64,000 nt of DNA from Haliotis rubra (lineage: Eukaryota), in assembly GCF_003918875.1 (NCBI RefSeq), contig NW_025765736.1, forward strand, positions 1,364,001-1,428,000, read 5' to 3'. Positions 49,129 through 61,946 of this stretch are shown here, piece by piece. Under the pieces are notes generated by a model. The model was not told where the DNA came from, did no database searches, and worked only from the letters and a program-made list of their open reading frames with translations. The translations under genes and the position numbers were made by a program. Each line of letters opens with the position of its first letter. Within the stretch, counting starts at the first letter, position 1.

Positions 49129-51011
49129 GTTGATGTAGCTGCCGGACCCCCCGGGCTGGGGAGATGGACAGATATGGATTACCCTCATTGTAATCTATGA
49201 TGGTCTGTTCAGTGTTTGTCTAGGGGGCCATTGATTTGAAACTTGTCATGATCGAGTTGATATCAGCCGTCATCGGTATTGAGAGAGTGAATGAGTATGG
49301 TTTTACGCCGCTTTTAGCAATTTTCAAGCAATATCACGACGGGGGACACCAGAAATTGGCTTCACGCATTGTACCCAGGCGGGGAATCGAACCCGGGTCT
49401 TCTATGAATACACAATGCCATTTAGAAAGTGGTCAAATGTGACACATTATATTTGGGATTACACCTTACCAGTAAAGTACAGATTCTGTTTTTTTGGTTA
49501 GGTGGGACTCAAAAGTACCAGAATCTGTGCTTTACTGATAAAGTGTAATCCCAAACATAACATGTGTCACCGAGTCTTCTACGCTTACACCACTAAGCTA
49601 CCCCAATGTCTTTAACAGAGAGAAGGGATTGGGTGGGGATCTGAAGGAAGACGTCATTCGGGGGTGGGGAAGGCGCACCTGACCTTTCTCAAGAATACGA
49701 ATAATGTTAATATGGACACAAAATATAGTTTGTGTCACTCTTTTTGTGATAAGCTTTCAACCATGATAACAATTACTTATGTAACAACGTTCTTTGATTT
49801 CGAGCTTTTCTCCCTGGGCATCCTTTCACAAAGCACTAAGGTGATCGTAAGTCACTAAGGTAACCTTGGTCCATGTTAAAGAATGGGAGTTAAGGTTAAC
49901 CTAAGTAAAGGTTGCTTCGTGAAAGGAGCCCCAGGTAACGTCTCGACAGGAACAAACAACTTAAGAGCTGTTCAAATGGCTTTTAGTACATCGAACGGTT
50001 ATATAACGAAAGGTTCTGTTAGTATGCCTGACAGTCTGGGAGCTCAGTGACATCCGAAATGTCTAGTTCTGTCCAACAAACCGTTTCCCGACTTCGGACT
50101 TCGCTCTTTGTTTGATCTTCCAAACTTTTCCACGTCAAGTTATTTGATATACATGTATTCATCAAATGACCAGATCGCAACGATTTCACCGGGCCATCTA
50201 AATATTTCACAGTTAGAGTTACATCGCATGCATATGTTTAAAAAACGACCAATTATTTACCATTACTAAAATAATTGGCTAACATAGATGACAAAGCTAA
50301 ATTACGATAGCATTTTTTTCAAGTTTTAAGTGTATGTGCACTAGTTTGATCTATTGGATGGTCACGTGAGAAGGTTTGGGAGAACTGAGTCACCGCGCTG
50401 GCTGCAACCGATTTAAAAATATACGATAGTACCAGAAAGCGATGTAACGAACGTATGCTAATTGTGCTCAACCGTTGCGAAATTGTCGTTGTTATTGTTT
50501 TGTGTCGATGTTAGTTTGTTTTCTTAAATTTTAAGGGGGCAAGTGTATTCAATCGACTAATTGTTGGGTGAGTCGAAGACTAACGCTTAGTCTCTGAATA
50601 TATATCATTTTGATAGTAAATAATAAACCCATTTAAATTGAAATGGAGCCCTAGATGACCCGAGATTTAGAACCTGGAGAAATCTAGACTTGCTTCATTT
50701 ATGGCTTTAGATTTGGATTGTAGGGGAAAAAGTCCTCGGTACAAATGTACCGGAAAACAAGTACTCATGAGAAAGTCCTATTGTAATAAAATCCTATTCA
50801 TTCATCAACTTTGATGTCAAAGATTTTAGAAAAAAACATTCATAACTCACACATATGGGTTATGAAATAGATAAATTGATCTTTTATCATTTGTTTTTGT
50901 TCACTGATTATGTTGTGATTTGAGTTAATTACATTGTAAGCCAGTGTTTCATCTTATTGATTAGAGTAAGAAAATTAACTAGACTGGTTTCAGTTTGTAG
51001 TGTAAGGTATA

Positions 51012-51252
51012 GTGAGTGAGTGAGTTTTACGCCGCACACAGCAATATTCCAGCTATATGGCGGCGGTCTGTATATAATCGAGTCTGGACCAGACAATCCA
51101 GTGATCAACAGCATGAGCATCGATCTGCGCAATTGGGAACCGATGACATGTGTCAACCAAGTCAGCGAAACTGACCACCCGATCCCGTTTGTCGCCTTTA
51201 CTACAAGCATGGGTTACTGAAGATCAATATTCTAACTCGGACCTTCACGGGT
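51012..51252 (-). mobile_element. SINE family 2
   Basis: Reverse copy nested in the 50.6-52.7 kb complex. Confidence 0.8.
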
Positions 51253-51871
51253 ATCCTAGTATATGATGATTAGGGGACATTACAGTCTGACGGTGCCAAG
51301 GTCTAACACTCCTTGAGTTACCCCCATGTTATATTTGTATGTCTTTATAGTCCAAGGCCAAAGCTACAAAAGTCTTTTAGGATCTCTCAGCAGCAGTAAA
51401 TATGTTATCCAGTAACTAGTATGACACCTCCACTCTCCACAGAGGGTAACAGGTTACTAAAAACAAACAAGGTTTACCCCACTGTTGAAACAGTGTCCAC
51501 GTGTTCATAAACCACCTGCATGAGTATTAACCACATGGTCTAATGGTAGGTGACCGAAACTGGTGTTCAACATGGTCAAGATATGCAGTATAGGTGGATA
51601 AGGCCGCGTGTATCATATTACCTGATTTTGATTGTACGACTGTGGAGAATCGAACCCAGGTTTTCGCTGTGGCGAGCGATCACTTTAACAACTAGGCTAC
51701 CCCAGTGAGTGATGAGTGAGTGAGTTATATTTCAACCTGTAAACTTGAATGAGGAACAAAAGCTCGAACTGTCACTGGTGCTAGATGCTTACCACTATGG
51801 TGTAACCCCCGACCATGGAATGGAACTGACAAAAAAACAATAGTAACTCGAGAAAGTCAGGAATCAAAACA

Positions 51872-52596
51872 GGCTGTAGGAAAAAAAGTCCTCTGGATAA
51901 AAAGTCCTCGGTACAAAAGTACCGGAAAAAGCACTCCGGGAAAAAAAGTCCTATTGTAATAGAAACTATTTATTCATCAACTTTGATGTCAAAGATATTA
52001 GAAAAAACATTCATAACTCACACCTATGGGTTATTAAATAGATAAATTGATCTTTTATCTTCACATGTGTCCATGCACGTATTTGTTCACTGATTATGTT
52101 GTGATTTCAGTTGATTACATTGTAAGCCAGTGTTTCTTCTAATTGATTAGAGTAAGAAGATTAACTAGACTGGTTTCAGTTTGTAGTGTAAGGTATAACT
52201 ATGTATCCCAGTACAACATCAGTAACGATTCCACCATGGAAGTTATTCAGACCAACAAGGGTGGTTTGAAGCTAGTCTTGGATGGGTATATGTACACCAA
52301 TCACGTAAGTAGAAAAGCCAAGATTGTTTGGAAATGTAGTCGTAAGTCCAGTATGAACTGCCAGGGCCAACTGTTGACCAACATTGAAAACAGAAATCCA
52401 GAGCTGAGCAAACCCCATAACCATTCTCCTGATGAGACATGAAAAGTCTATAAACGCTATGAAAAACTAAAAAAAAAAATTTTATTCAAAAATTCCTTTT
52501 TCAAAATAGGACTTTTTTTCCTGTGGACTTTTTTTCCAAGGCAAATTTTGGACTTTTATGGGGTACTTTTTTCCGAGGACTTTTTGTCCGGACACA
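51872..52596 (+). mobile_element. Mutator-like (MULE) deletion derivative with FLYWCH fragment
   Basis: Long inverted ends built of GGAAAAAAGTCC repeats. ORF 52236-52442 TNKGGLKLVLDGYMY...WKC...C...HNH is a FLYWCH zinc finger. The left arm is duplicated at ~50715-51010. Confidence 0.7.
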
Positions 52597-52958
52597 TAGC
52601 ATTGCAGGAAGGGCTAAACTGTAGGGAAAACTATGTGATTAAGGGACTGTTAAGGGACAGTAAGACAGACTAGGTGAGTCGCAGAAAAAGATATCTGGTA
52701 GTGTGTTTGGATGGTTCGTCATGACTGCACTGATTTCAGAGTATGAGCTGGAGATTTTATGAGCGCTTCAAGAAATTCGTATTACGTACATCGAAGATAG
52801 TTGCCAATTAACTGCACTAAAGCCTTAAACCCTTTCTGCAGAATGTAACAAAGCTGATAATAAGTACACTGAAAACATGATTATAGACTAGTGTTGCTGG
52901 ACCCCGAATACTGAGTCACTTTGATTACTTAACTTTGATGTAGATGAATGAATAAAAC

Positions 52959-55103
52959 CAGAGACCATATCCCCCTCATTTCCTTCTGTAGCTGACGTTT
53001 TGAGTATTTAGCTACAGCACCTCCACGTACACGGAGAAATAATTCCACAATGAAGTCCTAGACTTTGAGCTTCAGTCCATCCTCACAGGAGAGTAATTTG
53101 TCCCAGTAGTAGGAGACCATGTAGCTTGACATTACTGTCTCTTTAAGTTTATCACATAAGAGAGAGGAGGCGCACAACTGAGAAAGTTGAACATGCTTTC
53201 TAATTTCAATTTCAAATGACCTTATAAGTAGAAAGAAATTGCCACAAGGGAATTTTAGACCCCCTCTGTTCATTTTCTCTGTCCACTTACTAAACCTGAC
53301 AATGTACTCTTCTTTGGAAGTTGCATCAGAAATTAAAAAGAGTTCTCCAAGGTGTTGCTCTATATCCATTCCAAAGATAGCCGTTTTCTTCAATAGAGCA
53401 TGCAGTATCCAGATATATAGTACAACACTGCCTGGTCATTGTCACTGATTGCTGATGCTGTTTGATGCGACTGTTTCTGACTGGATTCTGACAGGTGCTT
53501 TAGCATGTTCCTCAAGATGCGATCCAACAAGCATTGTGCAAAGATGTGGATAATCCTGTGTGATTCACTTGTCACTTCGACCAAAATGTTGAGAATGTCT
53601 GATTGCAAGTCTTCATTCAGTGGCATCTGATGAAATTTCATCAATAACTGTTTTCTGTCAGACGAAAGGGAACAACTTTTTTCCAAACTTGTCAAAAACT
53701 GAATGGAATTCCGGATTTCTGTGAACTGTTGGTCTGTCGCTGCATTCTTTTGCAACAGCCACAAGATGAGGGCCATTCAATGAACATGAAGCGTCGTTCA
53801 TAGGGTCAAGGATTATTGTTGAAAAAGACTTTGGTAGGACTTCTGTGAGAATACCCCGCATGTCGGCATCTGTTGGCAAGAAAACTGGGGTGTTTTCCTC
53901 TTTACTGTGAGTATCCGTCCTGTCTGCTGAAGGGGGGTTGTCTTTGTTTTTGACAGTGGAGCCCAGTCGATGTTCATGTGCTAAAATGAAAACAGGTATT
54001 GACATATTCAAGTGATGCATATTGACTGATGACATAGCATTAATGTGAGAGTTTGATCGGACTTCACCACAGATAATCAATATATAAATTGTGTGAAATG
54101 TAAGAGAAAGTAGGTTAATTCATGGCAGTTGCTGAGGTATACATTTAATATGAAGGAAATAGTGGAATTACCGGTAAGAAATGGTGGCCTGAGATAAATC
54201 ATTCAAATATATTATTGATTTCACTAATGTGAAGTGAAAACATGCTAATGGTGACAACCGGGCTGAAACAACATGTACTTATCTGAGGAATGTGTATAGT
54301 TTGATCAGTTTATGATCAGTGTCACTGTTGGAAGAAATGTGTTAAAATTGTGTACATTTTGTAAATACTGAAGATGCCTTAAGACAATAGCATATCATTA
54401 TTTGATTTAACAAATCGGAGCTTGTATATATACTCTGATACATTGAATAAATTGAATGCTTACCTTTAATATCTGATCTGTTGTGTTTCTTGGTAACATG
54501 ACCACGAAAGCCCCCGATACTCCGGTAGGTTTTTCTGCAGAATGGACGAGCATTTTGCTATGTATTCTCTTTCCCGTGATGATTAGGAGAGGTGGTTGAC
54601 GGAGCTTTGTCATCTTCAGATCTGTCAAAGTACATGTCATCACCGCCAAAGCCAAAGCAATCTTCATCACTCAGACGTTCAGTGTCATAATCTGTATATT
54701 CGCCAAATAGTAAGTCTAAATCCAAATTGGAATCGTCCCAGTGAATAAAGTCGTCCATATCGAAGATAATGGTAAAGTAACATGTTCGTTTTTCCCTTAT
54801 AAAGGGACGTACATCCGACAGCAAAAACATTGTTTACAGAAATGTCGGAAGTGTAAACAGTCTACATGTGCGTCTGTGCGGGGATGAAGGGAATTAACTC
54901 TTGACACTAAAACATTGTGTAATATGTTTCACCTGATTACGGAAGTCCAGTGTTGAGGGAATCTGCGCATGTGCTACGCATCTGGACCACAGCCAGGGAA
55001 AACACCGCAGGGGTTCACGGGGTATCGTTTGCACTCATTATCGCGACAGTGATGGTTAATGATAAAGTACTGCTGAGGCCTGTCCCTCGGTATATGGTCT
55101 CTG
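52959..55103 (-). mobile_element. P-superfamily-like DNA transposon (defective)
   Basis: TIRs CAGAGACCATAT / ATATGGTCTCTG; 7-bp TSD ATAAAAC at 52952-52958 and 55104-55110. Contains a disrupted spliced ORF with a degenerate C2H2 finger and a YYISGY...RGGLKFP motif like the P/THAP9 C-terminus. Confidence 0.75.
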
Positions 55104-55682
55104 ATAAAACAAACACAACGGAAAATGGAAACGACAATCCTAAAAGTAAATACAAGAAAATAAACCCATTTATTCAGGAAAAATAATTCTTTCTTGAGTG
55201 AAAACAGTTGACAATCAAAACATTAATCGTTCGCATTTAGTCATTCGCCACACCTCGGAATTCCAGACATTCGGCGTTTAGCAATACTCACTCACCCATT
55301 CAAGACTCTGTGGCCAATAGTAGTTTGGAAAAATCACGAGGTATCGACGTAATGTGTAGCACAGTGACGTTGATCGTAAACGTTAAGACTGGCGAACACA
55401 GAAGTTGCCCAACATATGCAATTTATAATACTGTAGCACACAACCTTTCATTTTATAAAAAGCTGCATAAAAAGTTTCATAACACGGTTACGAGTTTATT
55501 AATATACATACACATTTAATGGTCTGGCCTTGCTTTGACCTCGAACTTGGAGAAGATGTTTTTGAACGACCGAGTCCTTTCATGTCATTACATTTTACAC
55601 ACAAAGAAACATCGGCAACGGTTCAATGCCGACAAAAAACAAACACATATAACGTCACTGGTTAAACTCTTCCGTGAAGAGG

Positions 55683-58430
55683 CTACGGAAGCTCCAGGAG
55701 ATCTTTGTCTTCATACACTCTCTGCGTGATGTCATAAAGAGGCTGACCGGAAGTCACCACCTCTCCGAGCGTGCGCATAACGGATTCATAGTCTTGTTTA
55801 CACATGACGTCAATCAGGCTCTTTTTCGAGGGAAGCATGTACATCGCTACTCCGGCCATTTTCCGGAGGATCCATGTATTGAATCGGGACAAAGTCTGGT
55901 TATAAACTTCAGAAGCTATCACAGAAGATTTCTCGTTTTCTTCCCCTGTCCTTAATCGAGACATAAAAACCAGAATAAATTCCAAAGCTCGATGTAACCT
56001 CAGCAACGTCCTTGACCCTGACTTCAGATTGCCCCTAATGACCTTCGTAAGGTCATGGTCGACCTCGTGTTGGATCATCGACTGCACTGTGACGTAGTGG
56101 ACTTCGTCAGCCGCCAGGTGCTCGTTTAGAATTCTGATTTTGTCTTCCAAGTCCCTCGCAACAAAACCAAACAATGTGCCGGTGAGCTTGAAAAATCTGG
56201 AAAAAGATATACGTTCAAAAATAATTATTCAACTCAATTTAGCAATAACTGGTGAATAATAGTGCAGTCATAAATTTGTCATATGACCTTGACCTTAATA
56301 ATCGAGTTACAATTCGGAGACACGGGTGGAGCACATTCGTGACCCACTCGTGTTATTCCGGGACAAGCCGAATAGCTTCTTGGAGGTTACGGAAAGAGGC
56401 GAGTGGTGACGAATGGGGTGGAGCAGTCCCCCAGAACCCCACAATCTGCTATGCGGAGTTGCGCCCCTTAGGTGTGTCAAGAACAGTGGATAGTTGGTTC
56501 GAATCCCAGTTCTTCACGAGTACTAGGTCTAACAGTCATACACCGTGGGTTTCAGCAAAGCTGTAACTGTCTCAGACATGTACTCAGACTCCGACATTCA
56601 ATTGACACACGACAGACATGACTGTTCAAAGGGCATTAACTTAAACCCTCTCGCTCGATTTTCTCTTAATGGTAGACGCTAACAACATAGGATCGACCCG
56701 TGAAGATCCGGGTAAGAATTGATCTTCAGTAACCCATGCTTGTCGTAATAGGCCACTAACAGTATCAGGTGGTCAGACTCGCTGACTTGGTTGACACGTG
56801 CCATCGTATCCCAATTGCGTAGATCGATGCTCATGCTGTTGATCACTGGGTTGTCTGGTCCAGACTCGATTATTTACAGACTGCCGCCATATAGCTGGAA
56901 TATTGCTGAGTGCGGCGGAAAACTAAACTCACACACGTATTTACAACATGGGCTCTGAAAAATGGTGATAAAGACGTATACATCAATGACATCACACATT
57001 GAAATCTACATCTCCCGAATAATGACATACATTACACTTGAATCTTTGTGACATCGAGAGGGGTTCGTTCACATGTGTAGCCGGTCACAGTAGAGCAGGA
57101 TCTGAGTCGCCTTATCTTGTCTCCGGGCATGCGATGAATTCCTTCCTTGTTGGCCAAACGTGAATCATCACTGAATCGTGTTCCCATGCTGACGTATTAC
57201 ACTACCTTATTCCGCGTTCATTCTTATATACAATACCCTTTCGAGACATCAGCTTAGTTTAACACCGGTTTCATCAGCATTCAGTTATCGTCAACGTCGT
57301 CATGTCGTAGATGTTCAGGGTTTGGTATCGGGAGGTCATCGGTAATATTATCGGTATTATCATCGCAGCAAATCTTAAAGTAATGAGCTGGGTTCCCCAC
57401 TGACTTCAACAAAGTTTCAGCAATATTGAAGCAGCGTTTTAAATTAACTTTGGCCATTAGGCCCAGAGACGACTGAAAACCACTCGGACCCACAGCTTTT
57501 GTTTTCTGCAGGTCCTTATGGCCGACAGCTTTTCCATCCCCAATAACTAAGAGTATTATTTCCATATTAAAATATAGGGCCTACACATTCTGATCAGATC
57601 CCACAAGTTTTTATGGTTCTGGGTGCCGTTGTACAAAGCAGTCTTTGCGCTAAGGTGACCATAACTCCCATAGACTTAAGGTAGTGTTAGCGCTAAGGTT
57701 GTTTCGTACAACGGCACCCTGGGTCCTTAGGGCCTGCTAACCGCCTCCGTGGTGTAGTGATAAGAGCGTCCGCCCGGAGAGCGGAAGGTCGCGGGTTCGA
57801 TCCCCGACCGTGTCATACCAAAAGACGTTAAAATATGGTATTTGTTGGTCCCTGCCTGGCGCTCGGCATTAATGGGTACAACAAGGATTGGTCGGCTCGG
57901 AGTCAGTATAGTGTGTCTGACTGGGGTATTCATGCTTCACTGCGGCATGGTATCTCAGTGGGCTACCACTATAAAACCAGCTTAAGTCTGGGCTAGTACA
58001 AGCAGCCGCACATACACATACACACGCATGCACGTCGTCATATGAGCGAAATATTCTCAAGCACGACGTAAAACCCAATTTCACCTCACCATCTTAGGGC
58101 CTGCAGCCTTTCAGGGTTAAGGGCAAACGCTGGATTGAAGCGAAGTACCCATTAAATGGACTCACAAGTAGTTTCCATGTGGGGAATCGAACCCTGACCC
58201 TACCGTTCCCTGAGATTGTCTGACATATTTTACAACCAACTGATAATAACTAGACCCAAAATAAGACATTGGGCCATGACTCGAGAAGTGTGTGTTTACC
58301 TGCACATTTCCGTGAACGCCCTTAGGTACTCCCTCAACACCAACGTATCGTCGCTCTGGCGACATCGCTGAAAAGCTTCTAAAACAACCACCAGATCAAA
58401 ATCCTTCTTCTTCGTGTCAAACGTTGCCAT
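55683..58430 (-). CDS. CPTP: Ceramide-1-phosphate transfer protein (GLTP domain), paralog A, 214 aa; exons 58300-58430 and 55683-56196
   Basis: Exon 1 (not in the ORF track) reads MATFDTKKKDFDLVVVLEAFQRCRQSDDTLVLREYLRAFTEMCR with a phase-2 GT donor. Exon 2 reads FFKLTGTLFGFVARDLEDKI...SGSRTLLRLHRAL...LLELP*, matching CPTP/GLTPD1 hallmarks. Confidence 0.92.
56696..56935 (+). mobile_element. SINE family 2 (in CPTP-A intron)
   Basis: Full copy; decayed copies at ~11865, 14213, 30530, 58915 and 62410. Confidence 0.8.
57738..58092 (+). mobile_element. tRNA-derived SINE family 3 (central domain resembling Meta-SINEs)
   Basis: Box A/B head (GGTGTAGTGA...GGGTTCGATCCCC), GTCATACCAAAAGAC...GCATTAA core, 12-bp TSD CTTAGGGCCTGC. 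Decayed copy at ~58695-58915. Confidence 0.8.
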
Positions 58431-61400
58431 GTCTGTCAATAACTCATCCGTGAGTGGACGAACTTATGTGACCATAACCTGAATAGATTCTGATGACTTC
58501 TTGTCGTCATACAGTGAGTGAAGGGAGGTAACTGCAATCGTTGATTGTATATACCGGAACTCAGTGAGTTTGTGCACCTCATTAACGGATGCTTCGAAAC
58601 TGCTGTGACGCACAACACTTGAATTAACGCACCCGTTACTTTTGGACATCTGTTTGGATTCATCCTGATTATGATATAGTCGCAGACTGTGCCAGGCCGA
58701 CGCTCTGGTATAAAGGACAGAGCGCCTGCCTGGAAAACCGACAGTCTGTAGTTCGATCCTTGGTTGCGTTGTACCAAAAATGTTGAAAGATGGCACATGC
58801 TATTCACGAAGGGAAAGAACCGGTCTACCCGAACCAGGATTCTGTGTCGGGGTGGGGTGTACATGTTTAACTGCGGCATTATACCTCTGCAGAGTAGCCT
58901 TGTATCTATAAAACTGAGTGAGTGAGTTTAGTTTTACGCCGCACTCAGAAATTTTTCAGCTATGTGGTGGCGTTGTGTAAATATTCGAGTCTGGACCAGA
59001 CAATCCAGTGATCAACAGCATGAGCATCGATCTGCGCAATAGAACTGCATTAGTGGGGACAAGTAAAGGCAGCGAGGTTCACACATACGTGCATGCACGT
59101 TACAATATAAGTCACAAACTCTAAATTAAAAATTTTCATAACCAATTATGATTGTTTATATATGTTATAATAGATACAACATTCGCTTAATGATCTTTAT
59201 TATAAAAAAAACAATCGAATGGAGTCCAGTGAGTGAGTGAATGAGTGAGTGAGTATGGTTTTACGTCGCTTTCAGAAATCTTCCAGGAGGCGGGGATAGA
59301 AATGGGCTTCATACGTTGAACCCATGTTGCGAATTGAACCCGGGACTTCAGCGTGACGAGCGAACGCCTTAACCACTAGGCTACCCCACAGCCCCCAAAA
59401 TGAGCCCCGAGACTGTTCATTTTCAGCAACTGCGCCAATCAAAACTTGCCAACTGTTATGCACCGGTGTTGGCCATTTTGTATATATATTTCCACGGCCT
59501 GGATCACAGAATAACAACAGATGTACGTGTGATCTTATGGCTGTATTAATACAGCATATCCAACAAAAAACGGAATAAAAATCACAAACATTCAATAAGA
59601 ATTTAAAAAATATTTATTCATAAAATAATCATGTCTAGTGATAAAACAAACGGATTCTCACGAGCAACAAGAAAAAATACATTATGATTGGTCGTGTTTC
59701 TCGGTTAAACGGGACTTGTAAATTCGTGATGAACAGTGAGTGACAAACACGGTATCGTCACGGCGTGTCGGAGTAATATTGGCAGGCGCCCCTGAGTAAC
59801 ATATATATCACAATTTTACAAAACAAATATCATATAGGACGGCACTTGGATTACAACCAACGACCAGCAGATCCTGTCGACAAAGGGACACAACTCTGCC
59901 ACAATGTGCCCCCCCCAGGGCCACGGTTGTTGGTTATAAATACAGTAAAATAGCTAACACGCTTATAACGAACTGACGGATATAACGAACTGACGGATAT
60001 GACGAACAGACGGATATATCGAACTGATGGATATAACGAACTGTTTTTGGTTACATATTTTAGCCGAAATGCGTTTAACACAATACAGATATAACGAACT
60101 ACAATGAGTGGTCCTTATGAGTATCATATGTATATATATATATGGAATACTATCATCAAATCACTATAATCTTGCATATTGTTTGGCAATATGAAGTGAT
60201 GAGAGGAAAGAGGTAGGTGACGTTAAGATATTGACAACAACCTAGGTTTTGCTGCAGATATCACTTGAAGCCGTGCCTCTCAGATGTCAGGTTCACATGA
60301 GCTGCCAACTTCAAGACATTGTAATTAATACAAAATGTCAAACTGTGACATTTGCTTCGTGTATATTTTTGGGAAATCTTTAACCTTTAAATAATATCTT
60401 ATTCCCCGGCAGTTCACTTTGGTGATCACACTATTCTGAGTTAACCGGGACATAGGATTCTATGGAGGTTGTATACCACAGCAACTAACGCGTGGCATTT
60501 CAGGATATATACCCGCCAATACACACATCGTACTGCTAGCGAGTACACACTAACCAATCGTGACCTGTCGTGACCGTTCGTGTCATTCCGGCAAAACCTC
60601 GAGGAAGTATCCAAAGAAACGATCGAGAAATGACAACGAAAATGGTCACTTGGGAAAAGGGAAAAACAATCTCATTTGAAAAATGTATTTCGACAAAAGA
60701 ATCCCTTCTTTTAAATGTTTGTAAAACATATACATTTCATCCAATAAAATACCTGAGTTATAGTCATAAAAGTTGTTCCGAACTAATTTTCACCAGAAGG
60801 CCTGTTTGGGTATGTCTGTGCTACTTAAAGTAGAAGTTTTGTTCCCGATTCATGGCAATGTCCATGCATCCCGAGATTGAAACAAAACCCAATTCGTTTG
60901 TCCGGGATTGAGCCGAGAGGTGACGAAAGGCCAAGTAGTTACGGAAAACAGTATTTGTGACCCACTCGTGTTATTCCGGGACAAGCCAAAATTTCTTGGA
61001 GGTTACGGAAAGAGGCGAGTGCTGACGAGTGGGCCAGTGGTGGGCGAGTGGTGACAATTAGCCATACGGCAAACTTCGTCTTTTCCGGTTCATGTGAGTG
61101 AGTGGGTCGACATTTATCGTCGCACAGGCGATATTGTAACCAAATTCAGTCGCAATTTACAATTTCGAATTCCAAAATGAAAAGATAAACTTTGTATCTT
61201 AGTTGTAAATACAAGGAACTACCGTCAATGGCCCAGTTCCGACAAAACCCGTCACGTATTATGGCGCTGTTTCAAACAAAACTGTTGAGACAATGGAGGG
61301 TCTGGCCTTGCTTTGAGTGGATGTTTTTGAGCTACAAAGTCTCGTAATACCATTAAGAACACCGGCCACGGTTCGGTTCCAACCAAAACAGAAATATAAA

Positions 61401-61432
61401 ATGGCACTGGTTAAAACTCTTCCGTGAAGAGA

Positions 61433-61946
61433 CTATGGCAGCTCCAGGAGATCTTTGTCTTCGTACAGTCTCTGCGTGATGTCATAAAGAGGCTGACCGG
61501 AAGTCACCACTTCTCCGAGCGTGCGCATAACGGATTCATAGTCTTGTTTGCACATGACATCAATCAAGTCCTTTTTCGATGGTAGCATGTACATTGCCAA
61601 TCCGGCCATTTTCTGGACAACCCACGGGTGGAATCGGGACAAAGTCTGGTTGTAGACTTCAGAAGCTATCGCAGAAGACTTCTCGTTCTCGTCTCCGGTC
61701 CTAAGACGAGACATGAAAGCAAGGATAAATTCCAAAGCTCGATGTAACCTTAGCAACGTCCTTGACCCTGACTTCAGATTGCCCTTTTTTACCTTTGTAA
61801 AGTCATGGTCGACCTCGTACTGCAGCATGGACTGGACTGAAGTGTAGTGTATCTCGTCAGCTGTCAGATGCTCGTTTAGAATTCTGATTTTGTCTTCTAA
61901 GTCCATCGCAACAAAACCAAACAATGTACCGTTGAGCTTGAAAAAT
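61433..61946 (-). CDS. CPTP: CPTP paralog B, last coding exon (first exon not found in the window)
   Basis: Acceptor at 61947-61949; FFKLNGTLFGFVAMDLEDKI...SGSRTLLRLHRAL...FHPWVVQK...LLELP*. Highly similar to paralog A exon 2. Confidence 0.9.

Larger units (their letters stand above)
50576..52672. mobile_element. TAG...CTA MITE split by nested insertions (Mutator-like element, SINE)
   Basis: 9-bp TSD GGTGAGTCG at 50567-50575 and 52673-52681; MITE halves at 50576-50710 and 52597-52672. Confidence 0.75.
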
